Assembly (NCBI GenBank): GCA_016188605.1
Contig: JACPHP010000015.1
Location: 18,833 to 82,832 of the forward strand
DNA: 64,000 bases
From: Candidatus Spechtbacteria bacterium
GTDB taxonomy: Bacteria > Patescibacteriota > Minisyncoccia > Spechtbacterales > JACPHP01
Direction: 5' to 3'
Notes under the pieces: model-generated
What the model was told of the DNA's origin: nothing
The model's database searches: none
The model's input: the letters and a program-made list of their open reading frames with translations, nothing else
Translations under genes and position numbers: made by a program
In this document: positions 19,736 through 31,100 of the stretch, piece after piece
Layout of the letters: every line of letters starts with the position of its first letter
How positions within the stretch are numbered: the first letter of the stretch is position 1

Positions 19736-21902
19736 AACTTTGAAAACTCTGGAATACCTCTCTAGGCTTAGCGCCCTCACCCGGCCCAACAACTCCTCTA
19801 TCCTCCATCATATCTATCAAGCGGGCGGCACGCGCATAGCCGACGCGCAGGCGGCGTTGAAGTAGTGACGCTGAAGCGCGCTGGGCCTCAATCACCACAC
19901 GCCGCGCTTCTTCATACATTGGGTCATCACCATCTTCCCCCATTTCATCAACTGCGTCAAAGTTTACTTCCTTTTTATGACTATCTACTATATCATCGAT
20001 ACTTTCCTGAGCCACATCCTGGCCAAGGCGCAGACTTTCTTCACGCAAAAAGTCTGCGACACGCTTTACTTCTTTGTCAGAAACAAACGCGCCTTGCACG
20101 CGACGAGGCTTGGAATTTTCCGGCGCAAGATACAGCATGTCTCCTGCACCGAGCAATTTTTCCGCGCCAGCCATATCAAGCACTGTACGCGAATCGATCT
20201 GCGATGCTACCTGAAACGCCATGCGCGCGGTAATGTTAGCTTTAATAAGTCCAGTGATAACCTCAACCGAAGGCCGCTGTGTTGCAAGCACTAAATGTAT
20301 ACCCACCGCTCGAGACATCTGCGCTAAACGCACAATAAGCGCTTCCGCTTCTTTGCCGCGCGATGTCATAATATCGGCGAGCTCATCGATGACAAGTACG
20401 ATGTACGGCAATGGCCCGTTTTCCTCCACTACTTTTTTGTTGCTGTTATAGCTTTGAATATCGCGCGCGTGTGCTTTAGACAAAACCTCAAAACGATGTT
20501 CCATTTCACCCACTGCCCAGCGCATCGCATTCACCGCTTTTTGATTGTCAACCACAACTGGCGCGAGCAGATGAGGAATGTCGGAATATACCGGAAACTC
20601 CACGCGCTTCGGATCAATTAAAATAAGACGCAAAAGTTCAGGCGGATTTTGATAAAGCAAGCTTACAATAAGAGTATTGAGGGCAATGGTTTTACCCGAC
20701 CCGGTACTGCCTGCGATAAGCAAGTGTGGCATTTTGGCAAGATTAGCATACACCGGCGCGCCTGTAACATCTCGTCCAAGTGCAAGAGTGAGATGGCCGA
20801 TATGATTACGGAAATCTTCTTGCTCTACAATATTACGCAAACGTACCGTCGTAATACCCTTATTGGGAACCTCAATGCCTATAAGGGCGCGCCCCGGAAT
20901 AGGAGCTTCAATACGCAGAGGGTGCGCGGCGAGAGCAAGAGAAAGATCGTTGTGCAGTGCCGTAATTCGCGCCAGTTTTATACCCTCTGCCGGTTTTAAT
21001 GTAAATTGTGTTACGGTTGGGCCAATGTTTACCTCACCCATTTCTACATCAATACCAAAATTCTGCAACGTGCGCTTAATGATATTCGCGCTTGAAACTA
21101 TATCGCCGCTATGCGGCTTGCCTGTATCCACTTCTAGCAACTCTGGCGGCGGCAAGCGAAAATCAGATGCCAATGCCTTTGGCGGAATTAATTCAAAATC
21201 ATCTTTTTGCTTCTTTTCCGTTTTCTTTTCTTCTTTTAGTTTTTCTACGGAAGCTAATGTTGCTTTCGCTAACGCGGGATTAAGCTGCTCTATTTTGCTT
21301 TGTTCTCCAAACGTTTTTACCTCCACAGATTCTTCTTTCTTAACCACCTCACCATCTTCGCCCAGCAACTCTTCTTTTTTACGTTTAAACCACTTGCCTA
21401 CCGGCACATTGAAACTAATAAGAATTGATGAAATAAAAGCCGTAACGAGAATAAGCGCCGCTCCCCATACACTAAAAAGCCGCGCGAGTGGCCAATCAAT
21501 AATGAAACCCCACATACCACCGCGCGCGCCGTCATCGGTTGTAAGCGACAGAGCGCCTAGAATACTAGATAAAAAAAGCACGACGCCAAGAAAAGTTGCG
21601 CCATATACAGTCCGCCTCCATGAAGTAAAAAATATGACCGCCATTGCCACGAGCACCAAAGGCAAAATGTACCTTCCTATTCCCAGTAGCCAGTCAGAGA
21701 ACTCCACAAGCATGCTTCCAGCGATACCGCCCATACCAAAAAAACTCATGGAGAGAAAAATAGAAGAGGCAATAAAAAATATACCCCAAACTCCTTTAAG
21801 CACATCGGGGTCAAGGTCAAAAAGCGGCTTTTTTTCCTTCTCGCCGTCTCGTAGTCTTTTAAAATCCTTATCGTTATTCTTACCGTTCTTTTTCTTTGCC
21901 AT
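19719..21902 (-). CDS. ftsK: DNA translocase FtsK
   Basis: N-terminal TM helices, GSTGSGKT, IDPKRVE, DELAD, ATQRPS, gamma domain LQRRLRVGYARAARL. Confidence 0.97.
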   Translation of the reverse strand: MAKKKNGKNNDKDFKRLRDGEKEKKPLFDLDPDVLKGVWGIFFIASSIFLSMSFFGMGGIAGSMLVEFSDWLLGIGRYILPLVLVAMAVIFFTSWRRTVYGATFLGVVLFLSSILGALSLTTDDGARGGMWGFIIDWPLARLFSVWGAALILVTAFISSILISFNVPVGKWFKRKKEELLGEDGEVVKKEESVEVKTFGEQSKIEQLNPALAKATLASVEKLKEEKKTEKKQKDDFELIPPKALASDFRLPPPELLEVDTGKPHSGDIVSSANIIKRTLQNFGIDVEMGEVNIGPTVTQFTLKPAEGIKLARITALHNDLSLALAAHPLRIEAPIPGRALIGIEVPNKGITTVRLRNIVEQEDFRNHIGHLTLALGRDVTGAPVYANLAKMPHLLIAGSTGSGKTIALNTLIVSLLYQNPPELLRLILIDPKRVEFPVYSDIPHLLAPVVVDNQKAVNAMRWAVGEMEHRFEVLSKAHARDIQSYNSNKKVVEENGPLPYIVLVIDELADIMTSRGKEAEALIVRLAQMSRAVGIHLVLATQRPSVEVITGLIKANITARMAFQVASQIDSRTVLDMAGAEKLLGAGDMLYLAPENSKPRRVQGAFVSDKEVKRVADFLREESLRLGQDVAQESIDDIVDSHKKEVNFDAVDEMGEDGDDPMYEEARRVVIEAQRASASLLQRRLRVGYARAARLIDMMEDRGVVGPGEGAKPREVFQSFQSYDPSE

Positions 21903-21954
21903 ACATAAACATTATATACTAATTCTTCCAAATTTCCAAAATATATCTGGCCTT

Positions 21955-22055
21955 ATGCACAGTAAACCGCTGACCCCGCTCAACGTCGCGCCCTTCGGCT
22001 TGTGCGGAGGGGTGTAGGAGAGGTTTTTGTCACCAAGGGTAATTTCTTTTTGCAT
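21955..22055 (-). pseudogene. Frameshifted N-terminal remnant of a YgjP/DUF45 (M48-like) gene
   Basis: MQKEITLGDKNLSYT/+1/LRTSRRARR*; homologous to 23158-23295. Confidence 0.55.
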
Positions 22056-22068
22056 TTCTGGGCAGATC

Positions 22069-23154
22069 TTATTTAGCTTCGTTCTGCGCCCGTTCTACCA
22101 TGAATTTCACGCCATCCTCCATATTCTCTACTTCAAGCTTAATTTGAGGATGACTATGATGAAATACTCGGAAAACTTCGTCAGCAAATGCTTGCCCAAC
22201 CGTGGGAACTTTATCAAAATCAAAAACGATTGTCTTAAATTTTTCCAGTCCAGCCAATACTCTGCGTGCCTGCGAACGAGAAATATGTACGCCACCAATC
22301 GTGTAAAGTTTTACACGTATCTCTGTTTTATCGAAACCATAGTCATTGCCACCGCCTGCCAAGTTAGTATACTTCTTGAAAACCTCATCCAAATGCCTTT
22401 CTGATGTTGCGGATATCTTGAAAGTCACTTGCGTCCCCCTCTTTATTTTATTCACGGTTTTGACAAAAATATCTGGCAAGTCGTTATTTACAATAAGCTG
22501 AAACCCGAAACTATCAAGAGTAAAATTATCTCCTACTTTTGAAGTAAAGAATATGCCTTCGCCCGAGTGCGACTTGGGCATAGTAGTTGTCTTGCCTTTC
22601 AATATATCTTGGATTGCTTCAAGCTCTGAATTAAGACCTCTCTGCTTCATTACGTTGCGAAAAACACCAATACCTGAATCTTTAACTACGAAAGAAAGCA
22701 TCTTTTTTTGTACAGATACTTCTATGCCGATACGAATAGACTTGGAATGCTCAATTGCGTTATTAAGCATCTCTGAAAAAGCATACGTAAAGATACTACG
22801 CACGTTTTCAGGAAGATTTTTTAGCGTCGGAAAAGTCTGCTCAATTTGGTCCAGTACTATATGCTCTTCAAGACCTTTGTTCTTAAATGATTTAGCATAG
22901 ATTAATGGAAATATTTCTTGGTGGGCTTTAGCGTATTCGTTGGTTACATAAAATGCCTTTTTTGTAGAACCAAGCTTAATAAGCTTGTTTTCCATAACAA
23001 GCTTGGATACTAAAAGGATTATATACTGCCGAGAAACTTTAAACTGCTCCACCAGATCCCTGGAATACAGCCTGCCTCGTTCCTCGGCCATTTGTAGTAT
23101 TTGTTCTTCTGTTATCATAGATTGTAAAGTAATTGTAAACCAATCTATATTCAA
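22069..23154 (-). CDS. HTH + GHKL-type ATPase + STAS-like (DUF4325) protein
   Basis: EMLNNAIEHS, DSGIG, HSGEGIFFTS, SRSQARR...FDFDKV..VGQAFADEVF. Confidence 0.85.
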   Translation of the reverse strand: MNIDWFTITLQSMITEEQILQMAEERGRLYSRDLVEQFKVSRQYIILLVSKLVMENKLIKLGSTKKAFYVTNEYAKAHQEIFPLIYAKSFKNKGLEEHIVLDQIEQTFPTLKNLPENVRSIFTYAFSEMLNNAIEHSKSIRIGIEVSVQKKMLSFVVKDSGIGVFRNVMKQRGLNSELEAIQDILKGKTTTMPKSHSGEGIFFTSKVGDNFTLDSFGFQLIVNNDLPDIFVKTVNKIKRGTQVTFKISATSERHLDEVFKKYTNLAGGGNDYGFDKTEIRVKLYTIGGVHISRSQARRVLAGLEKFKTIVFDFDKVPTVGQAFADEVFRVFHHSHPQIKLEVENMEDGVKFMVERAQNEAK

Positions 23155-23157
23155 TTG

Positions 23158-23295
23158 TCAAGCAATTGACAAGTAACCCCAAAACACCGCCGCAGACCTG
23201 TCCAAATGAACCGAAATTCTCATCCGTCGCGCCCTTCGGCTTGTGCGGAGGGTGTAAGTAATAGTATTATCGCTAAGAGTGATTTCCTTTCGCAT
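23158..23295 (-). pseudogene. Truncated N-terminal remnant of a YgjP/DUF45 (M48-like) gene
   Basis: MRKEITLSDNTITYTLRTSRRARRMRISVHLD...* resembles the YgjP-family N-terminus; only 45 aa. Confidence 0.55.
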
Positions 23296-23419
23296 GTCCG
23301 AACAGATTCTTATTTAGCTTCGTTCTGCGCCCGTTCTATTTATTGAAGTTAAGCTTCAATGAGCTCGTTTAAGCTTAACTTCAATAAATAAATTTATCCT
23401 CTTCTATAAAGTCTATCGG

Positions 23420-23686
23420 CTACAATTCTTTTTGAATATCCTCCCAGGTCACACCGCTAATATTTTCTATTTCTTTAAGCACATAATATAACGTGGACTT
23501 CTTTAGGTCGTACGGCAGGGTGACAGATTTTTGATTCTTTGGCCATGTAATTTTATAATGGCTGCCATTTCCACCCTTTTCGTCTAAAACAAAACCAAGG
23601 CGCGCTAAAGCCTTGGCTAGTTTGTTCCTCTTAATTTCTCCTGGAAGTTGGCTAAGCGAGGGCATAATCCTTTTGCTCTGCTCCAA
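23420..23686 (-). CDS. HicA-like toxin
   Basis: LARLGF...GNGSHYK...VTLP; real start probably MPSLSQLP, overlapping the upstream gene end. Confidence 0.75.
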   Translation of the reverse strand: MEQSKRIMPSLSQLPGEIKRNKLAKALARLGFVLDEKGGNGSHYKITWPKNQKSVTLPYDLKKSTLYYVLKEIENISGVTWEDIQKEL

Positions 23687-23987
23687 CTTTTACAATATTA
23701 GCTTCTTTAGCGTAAGAAGAAGGAATCTCAAATGCAGTCAGAATCGCATCTTTAATATTCTTATCCAGTTCTGCTAAATTTTTGCCGCTGGTAATAATGG
23801 AACCGAAACGAAAATTATTAGACACGGCGGTGATAGTTCCATCTTCATTATTATGAAAGTCGAAAGAGATTGGCCGGTAATGCATCATATACTGGCTCAA
23901 CTCAAAAAGCCCTTTTGGACGAAGATCGCTAGGGGTAAAAACTTTTTTTATAATATAATCATTTATAACTTTGAAAACTCTTGCCAT
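23652..23987 (-). CDS. HicB-like partner protein
   Basis: IITSGKNLAELDKNIKDAI resembles the HicB N-terminal motif; overlaps the HicA-like gene. Confidence 0.6.
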   Translation of the reverse strand: MARVFKVINDYIIKKVFTPSDLRPKGLFELSQYMMHYRPISFDFHNNEDGTITAVSNNFRFGSIITSGKNLAELDKNIKDAILTAFEIPSSYAKEANIVKVGAEQKDYALA

Positions 23988-24275
23988 ATGCTGTACATTT
24001 ATTCCTATGATAAATAAATAGTAACTATTGCTAATATGAATGTCTACAGTTTATACCGAATAGTAGACATTGTCAAGAAAAATGTCTACTGTTTTATTAT
24101 AGCCCAAAAGCAGTAATTTATCCTAACATGCAATATGCATTTTTTACACATTGCTTTTTGTAGATTTGTTGAAGCGATGGGACTGTTGTACTTTTTGCAA
24201 CAGTCCCATCCCGCCTAGATGGAGTGGTTATGAGGGAGTGTTATTCATGATTCACAATTCTGCATTCATGATTCA

Positions 24276-24322
24276 ACTCAACAACAAAACAGCCCTTTTT
24301 TTGGGCTGTTTTGTTGTTGAGT
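24276..24322 (-). terminator. Terminator after rpoC
   Basis: ACTCAACAACAAAACAGCCC / GGGCTGTTTTGTTGTTGAGT hairpin. Confidence 0.65.
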
Positions 24323-24326
24323 TCTC

Positions 24327-27300
24327 TTACTGCTTCCCGTATCCTGTCCCTGCTGGGATTAATTTGCCTATGATGACGTTCTCTTTTAGTCCTCTTAGGC
24401 GGTCTACTCGGCCTTCTATGGAGGCCTCTATTAGGACTCTGGCTGTTTCCTGGAAGGAGGCGGACGAGAGGAAGCTGGTGGTTGTGAGCGCTACTTTGGT
24501 AATACCTAGCAAGAGAAGCGAGACTTTGGCTTCTTTTTTGCCGGCTTGCTTTAGTATGCGGTTTGCTGATAGCGCCTCTGAACGCTCCACCACTTCGCCC
24601 GGGCTGAATGTGGAATCTCCTGAATCCTCAATCTGCACGCGAGAGAACATTTGGCGGATAATTACTTCGATGTGCTTGTCGTGAATGGAAGCGCCTTGTG
24701 AGGTGTAAATCTTCTGCACTTCATTTACGATGTAGCGCACGGTTGGCTCCATGCCGACGTGCTCAAACAATTCTTTCAAGTCCATATGACCTTCGGAAAG
24801 CTGAACGCCAGGGGCGATTAAATCGCCTTTTTCAACAAGAATACCAACGTTTGGCGGAAGCACGTATTCACGAGTATTTTCCTCAACCGTGGTTGCTGAT
24901 TTTTTCTTTCGCTTTGGCGCGGCTAAAGTTTTTGCGCTCTGCGTGCCGAGTGCAACGCGAATAATACGCTCATTCTCTTTGTAGATAACTTCTTCCACCA
25001 CACCATCAACATCAGCGACTGTCGCGCGGCCTTTCGGCGCGCGCGCTTCAAAGATTTCCTCAACACGAGGAAGACCTTGCGTGATGTCCGCGCCACCTGC
25101 TACCCCTCCCGTATGGAACGTACGCATTGTTAGCTGTGTGCCTGGCTCTCCAATTGCCTGTGCGGCAACCACACCGACTGTCGCGCCAATTTTCACTGGC
25201 TTGTTCTGGCCAAGATCCCAGCCATAGCATCTAATACAAACACCGCGCTCTGCTTTACATGTTAGCGGTGAATACACGGCGACTTCAAGAATTGATTCAT
25301 CACCATCGATGCGACGTGCGATTTGCGCGTCTATCATATCGCCTGCTTTGACAACTACATCTTTACCAATCTTGATGTCGTCTACCACATTGCGGCCGAC
25401 AATTTTTTCCTCAAGCGGAAGTCCGACTTCGGCTGCCTCACTACGGCGAATGATAAATCCTTCTTTATCTGAGCATTTAGCGTCACCTACAACTACGTCC
25501 TGCGAAACGTCTACCAAGCGGCGTGTGAGGTAACCTGCGGTTGCTGTACGAAGAGCCGTGTCCGCGGTTCCCTTTCGAGCGCCGTGCGTGGAAATAAAGT
25601 ACTCAAGTGCGGTAAAACCTTCCTTGAAACTTGATTCCACTGGCAATTCCATGGTTTGCCCAGCCGGGTTAATAACCAAGCCCTTCATGCCCATCATTTG
25701 ATTTGGCTGTGACCATGAACCACGGGCGCCGGAGCTAATAATCATCGCGACAGAGCCGTGTGGGTCCAAATATTTTGGCACAAGTGCCGTTACTTCGTTC
25801 TTTGCTCCGTGCCACACGTCAATAATCATGTTGCGGCGTTCCTGAACGCTCAACAGACCTTCGGCGAATTGCTCTTTTATTTTATCAACACTTGCGTGCG
25901 CGCGATTGATAATTTCTGCTTTTTCTTTTGGCACTTCCAAGTCGCCCATCGCCCAGCTCACGCCGGAAATAGTGGAATAATTAAATCCAATGTCTTTGAT
26001 GCGATCAAGCACCGCGGCGGCTTCGTCTCTGGTATAACGTTCAATAATGTCGGTCGTGATATTTTTTAGCATTTTGGCGCTGAACTCTTCGTTCACAAAA
26101 CCAAAATCATCTGGCAAAACGCGGTTGAATATCACGCGGCCGGCGCATGTTTCAATATATTTTTCATCGGCATTGGCGCGAGCACCAACTGGCGCTTCTT
26201 TATACCAAGTGCCTTTTGCAATTTTAATTTTTGCTTTAATACCCACAATATCGCAATCGTTTGCAAGCACTGCGTCATCCCCCGTTGCAAACACCATGCC
26301 CTCGCCTTTTGCACCTGGCAAAATCTTGCTCATCCAGAAAGCGCCGAGAACAATATCTTTTGTCGGAGTTACAATTGGGGAACCGGTCGCAGGCTTAATA
26401 AGGTTGTGCGAAGAAAGCATAAGCTCTCCTGCCTCTTCCTGTGCCTCCACTGCAAGTGGCAAGTGCACGGCCATTTGGTCACCATCAAAATCCGCGTTAA
26501 ACGCAGTACAAACGAGAGGATGTACTTTAATAGCTTCACCTTCAACAAGAATCGGCTGGAACGCCTGAATACCGAGTCGGTGAAGAGTTGGCGCGCGGTT
26601 AAGCAGAACATACTTGCCCTTAATCACCTCTTCCAAAATATCCCATACCTCTGGCGGCGCGGCCTCTATTATTTTACCCGCGGCGCGCACGTTATACGCA
26701 AGTTCGCGCTCAATAATTTTTTGTATAACAAATGGGCGAAACAGCTCAAGCGCCATTTTCTTTGGCAAACCGCACTGGTGGAGCTTTAAACTCGGACCAA
26801 CCACGATAACAGAGCGGCCTGAATAGTCCACGCGCTTACCAAGCAAGTTCTGGCGGAAACGCCCTTGCTTTCCTTTCAACATGTCAGCGAGGGATTTGAG
26901 CAAACGCTTGCCGCCGGTTGTGGCGGTAACGGTCTGGCCCTTGCGCGCGGAATTGTCGATAAGCGCGTCGACTGCTTCCTGCAGCATACGCTTTTCGTTG
27001 CGGCAGATAATTTCCGGCGCGTTAATTTCCTGTAATTTCTTTAAACGATTGTTCCTATTTATAACGCGGCGATAAAGATCGTTAAGATCTGATGTCGCGT
27101 AACGGCCGCCGTCCAACTGCACCATTGGGCGCAAGTCTGGCGGAAGAATCGGCAACATTGTCACAAACATCCACTCTGGACGGATTTTTGCTTCCGACAT
27201 GCGGCGAATCAGGCTCAGGCGGCGCTGCGCTTTCTTCTGCGCGAGTCCGATGGTGGTTGAGATTTCTTCTATCAATTCTTTGCGGATTTCTTCCAAGTCC

Positions 27301-27968
27301 ATTTTTTCCATTATTTTACGCACGGCTTCAGAACCGGTTGCCGCGGCAAATACCTCGCCATATTTCAAGCTTGTGGTGTGGTACTCGATTTCCGAAAGTA
27401 TGACTGACGGGCGCAATGCGCACAGACGATCTACTTCTTGATCGCGAGATGCTTTCAAGTTTGCCTGATCTTCTTTGTCTTTGAATTCTTTTATCTTCCG
27501 CTTATACTCATCATCAATTTGCTTTAATGCCGTGTCGCGCTTTACTTCATCAACCCAATGCACAATATATGAAGCGTAGTAAACAACCTTTTCAAGCTGC
27601 TGGACTGGCACGTCAAGCGCCATTCCCATTCGGGAAGGAATACCGCGCAAAAACCAAATGTGCGCTACAGGCACTGCCAGTTTTATATGCCCCATACGCT
27701 CACGGCGCACAGCGGCGCGGGTTACTTCAACTCCGCACTTATCGCAGATAATCCCTTTGTAACGAATGCGGCGATATTTACCGCAGTAACATTCGTAATC
27801 TTTTTCCGGACCGAAAATGCGCTCGCAAAACAGACCGTCTTTTTCCGGTTTTTGCGTGCGGTAGTTAATGGTCTCTGGCTTTGTAACCTCACCGTGAGAT
27901 TCCGCGAGGATTACTTCCGGGCTTGCGAGACGCAGGCGAATGGCGGAAAAATCAGATATTTTTGGCAT
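24327..27968 (-). CDS. rpoC: RNA polymerase beta' subunit
   Basis: NADFDGDQM catalytic motif, KPETINYRT, EPGTQLTMRTFH; start at MPKISDF. Confidence 0.98.
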   Translation of the reverse strand: MPKISDFSAIRLRLASPEVILAESHGEVTKPETINYRTQKPEKDGLFCERIFGPEKDYECYCGKYRRIRYKGIICDKCGVEVTRAAVRRERMGHIKLAVPVAHIWFLRGIPSRMGMALDVPVQQLEKVVYYASYIVHWVDEVKRDTALKQIDDEYKRKIKEFKDKEDQANLKASRDQEVDRLCALRPSVILSEIEYHTTSLKYGEVFAAATGSEAVRKIMEKMDLEEIRKELIEEISTTIGLAQKKAQRRLSLIRRMSEAKIRPEWMFVTMLPILPPDLRPMVQLDGGRYATSDLNDLYRRVINRNNRLKKLQEINAPEIICRNEKRMLQEAVDALIDNSARKGQTVTATTGGKRLLKSLADMLKGKQGRFRQNLLGKRVDYSGRSVIVVGPSLKLHQCGLPKKMALELFRPFVIQKIIERELAYNVRAAGKIIEAAPPEVWDILEEVIKGKYVLLNRAPTLHRLGIQAFQPILVEGEAIKVHPLVCTAFNADFDGDQMAVHLPLAVEAQEEAGELMLSSHNLIKPATGSPIVTPTKDIVLGAFWMSKILPGAKGEGMVFATGDDAVLANDCDIVGIKAKIKIAKGTWYKEAPVGARANADEKYIETCAGRVIFNRVLPDDFGFVNEEFSAKMLKNITTDIIERYTRDEAAAVLDRIKDIGFNYSTISGVSWAMGDLEVPKEKAEIINRAHASVDKIKEQFAEGLLSVQERRNMIIDVWHGAKNEVTALVPKYLDPHGSVAMIISSGARGSWSQPNQMMGMKGLVINPAGQTMELPVESSFKEGFTALEYFISTHGARKGTADTALRTATAGYLTRRLVDVSQDVVVGDAKCSDKEGFIIRRSEAAEVGLPLEEKIVGRNVVDDIKIGKDVVVKAGDMIDAQIARRIDGDESILEVAVYSPLTCKAERGVCIRCYGWDLGQNKPVKIGATVGVVAAQAIGEPGTQLTMRTFHTGGVAGGADITQGLPRVEEIFEARAPKGRATVADVDGVVEEVIYKENERIIRVALGTQSAKTLAAPKRKKKSATTVEENTREYVLPPNVGILVEKGDLIAPGVQLSEGHMDLKELFEHVGMEPTVRYIVNEVQKIYTSQGASIHDKHIEVIIRQMFSRVQIEDSGDSTFSPGEVVERSEALSANRILKQAGKKEAKVSLLLLGITKVALTTTSFLSSASFQETARVLIEASIEGRVDRLRGLKENVIIGKLIPAGTGYGKQ

Positions 27969-28120
27969 AGGATGCAATGATAATGTCAAAGCTCAAATTA
28001 CAAATGTCAAATCAAATCCAAATGACTAAATGTCAAAAGTTTTGGATTTTAGATTTTGACATTGATTTGTAATTTGACATTTGGATTTTGACATTAAGTA
28101 ATAAATTAAATACTTTATAT

Positions 28121-31100
28121 TTATTTCTCCTCCAGTCCCTGATCTGATTTTTTCGTCTCGACTTCGACCTGCAAGCCAAGAGATTTAAGCTCTGACACAA
28201 GAACGTTGAATGATTCCAAAAAATTCGGTCTCTTTAATGCCTCATTTTTGATGATAGATTCGTATGCCGCGGCGCGTCCCATCACGTCATCAGATTTAAT
28301 AGTGAGCATTTCCTGAAGGGTGTATGCGGATCCATATCCTTCAAGAGCCCACACCTCCATTTCTCCGAAGCGCTGACCGCCAAATTGCGCCTTTCCACCA
28401 AGCGGCTGTTGCGTAATTAGCGAGTACGGGCCGATTGATCGCATGTGAATCTTGTCCTCCACCATATGGATAAGCTTCAATATATACATATAGCCGACAG
28501 TAACTTTTTGTTCAAAAGGAAGACCCGTGCGACCATCGTAAAGCGTGATGCGTCCATCTTTCGGCAAACCGGCTTTTTCAAGCTCGTTACTGATGTCCTC
28601 TTCAATTGCACCAGAAAATACCGGCGTTATTGCTCGGTAATCAAGTTCGTGTGCCGCCCAGCCAAGGTGTGTTTCCAAAATTTGCCCAATATTCATACGT
28701 GAAGGCACGCCAAGCGGGTTTAAGATAATATCAACCGGAGTACCGTCTGGAAGGAATGGCATATCCTCTACCGGCAAAACGCGGGAGATAACACCTTTGT
28801 TGCCGTGGCGTCCCGCAACTTTGTCGCCCGCGCCAATGTTGCGAAGTTCCGCAATTTCAATTTGAATTGATTTAATAACACCGGCTGAAAGACGATCGCC
28901 GTTATCACGCGAGAATATCTTTACGCCGACAACGCGACCGCGCTTGCCGTGCGGCATAGTGAGGGATGTATCTTTTACGTCGCGTGCCTTTTCTCCGAAG
29001 ATTGCGCGCAACAGCCGTTCCTCTGCCGTGAGATCTGCCTCACCTTTAGGAGAAATTTTTCCTACCAAAATATCGCCGGGCCCAACTTCCGCGCCGATAC
29101 GCACAATGCCCTCTTCGTCCAGGTCTTTGAGTTTATCTTCGCCGACATTAGGAATGTCGCATGTTGTAACCTCGGGACCAAGTTTTGTTTCACGCACATC
29201 AATCATAAAGTCTTCAATATGGATTGAAGAAAAAGTATCGTTACGAACTAGCCGTTCACTGATAAGCACCGCGTCTTCAAAGTTTCCGCCGCGCCAAGGA
29301 ATGAACGCGACCAGAATATTTTTGCCGAGCGAAAGAACGCCGTCTTTCACGGATGAGGCATCTGCCAAAACCTGACCACTTTTTACTTTATCACCTGGTT
29401 TTACAAGCGCTCTCTGATGGATAACCGTGTACTGATTAGAGCGCATGAAAGTATTTAATATATAGGTAAATGTTTTGCCTTTGGACAGGCTGGATGCTGA
29501 AGTTTTAAGAACAATCCTTCTGCCATCTGCTTCTTCAATTTCGCCATCGTCATCGGCAAGCACAACAAGACCAGAATCTTGCGCGACACGATCCTCCATA
29601 CCAGTACCGACTAGCGGCGCTTCTGGCCGAACACACGGCACCGCTTGGCGCTGCATATTCGAACCCATGAGCGCGCGGTTTGCATCATCGTGTTCCAAAA
29701 ATGGAATAAGTGACGTGGCAACGGAAATTGACTGTGTCGGCGAAACGTCGATGTACTGCACGCTCTTTTTATCAATAGCTACAGGCGTGCCTTTCACGCG
29801 CGCGGAAACTTGCGCATCAAAAATTTTGCCATCTTCGCCTACGCGGGTTGCGGAAGACGCGATTGCCGCGCGCTCCTCCTGCAAAGCATTAAGATATTCC
29901 ATTTCATTTGTAACTCGCCCGTTTTCTACTTTGTAGTACGGCGTTTCAATAAATCCATATTCGTTAAGCCGCGCGTATGAGGCAAGATGGCCTACCAAAC
30001 CGATATTCGGACCTTCCGGTGTTTGAATAGGACAAATGCGGCCGTAGTGTGACGGCTGAACGTCACGTACATCAAATCCCGCTCGTTCTCTCGTAAGTCC
30101 GCCGGGGCCTGTGGCTGACAAACGGCGCTTGTGCTCAAGCTCCGCAAGAGGATTTGGATTATCCATAAACTGCGACAGCTGACCGGTAGTGAAAAATTCT
30201 TTTACGATCGCCATGAACGGACGAGGGTTAATAAGCTGCGCTGGGGTCAATGTGTACACATCGAGTGTGGACATGCGGTCGCGGATAATACGCTCCATGC
30301 GTGTTAAACCAATGCGCAAACGATTTTGCAAAAGCTCACCTGCCGCGCGAACACGGCGGTTGCCCAGGTGGTCAATGTCGTCTGGATGCGCCTCTGGATC
30401 GTTGTTCATGCGAATAATTTCCGCGATAACGCCAATAACATCTTCCATTAACAAAACGCGCTGTTCTTTTGTATATTCTTGTGTTTTTGGCGGTGTAATG
30501 CCAAGCATTTCATACGCTCCGGCCAAACGCTGGTCTAGCTTCCAGCGGCCAACGCGTGAAAGGTCGTAGCGATCAAAGTTGAAGAACATGTTTTCAAACA
30601 AATTCTTGGCATTATCAATCGTTGCTAGATCCCCGGGGCGCACTCGCTTATAAATTTCAATGATTGCTTCGTCCGCAGTTTTGGCGGTGTCGTGCGCCAA
30701 CGTCTCTTCTATATATTTTGCAGATGGATTGATATCTACTTTGGCAAACGCGGCGCGAATTTGGTCATCCGTTTCCATTGGCAAAAACGCCTGCTTTTTA
30801 GCGCCGTTTTCCTTTCCTTTTTCCTTCTTGCCCGTTTCTCGCGATAAGACTCCGCTCATTGCGCGCAAAAGCATACTGACAGGAACTTTTCGACGCCGAT
30901 CAATTTTTACCGCCAAGAATCCCGCGGGATCAGTTTCAAACTCAAGCCACGCGCCACGATTTGGAATAATTTTAGAACCAAATAGTTGTATCCCGTGCCA
31001 ATTTTGCGACGTGAAAAAGGCGCCCGGCGAACGAATAAGCTGAGAAACTATAACACGCTCAACACCATTAACCATGAATGTTCCGCGTGTTGTCATTAGG

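Noticed and set aside
20863-22017. Long antisense ORFs (also 50765-51964, 37049-38002 and those within rpoBC)
   Set aside because: They are opposite-strand shadows of well-supported genes and have no independent motifs.
21984-23338. Integron attC-type cassette repeats
   Set aside because: The repeats translate as gene-end plus gene-start fragments and lack RYYYAAC/GTTRRRY boxes; no integrase is present.
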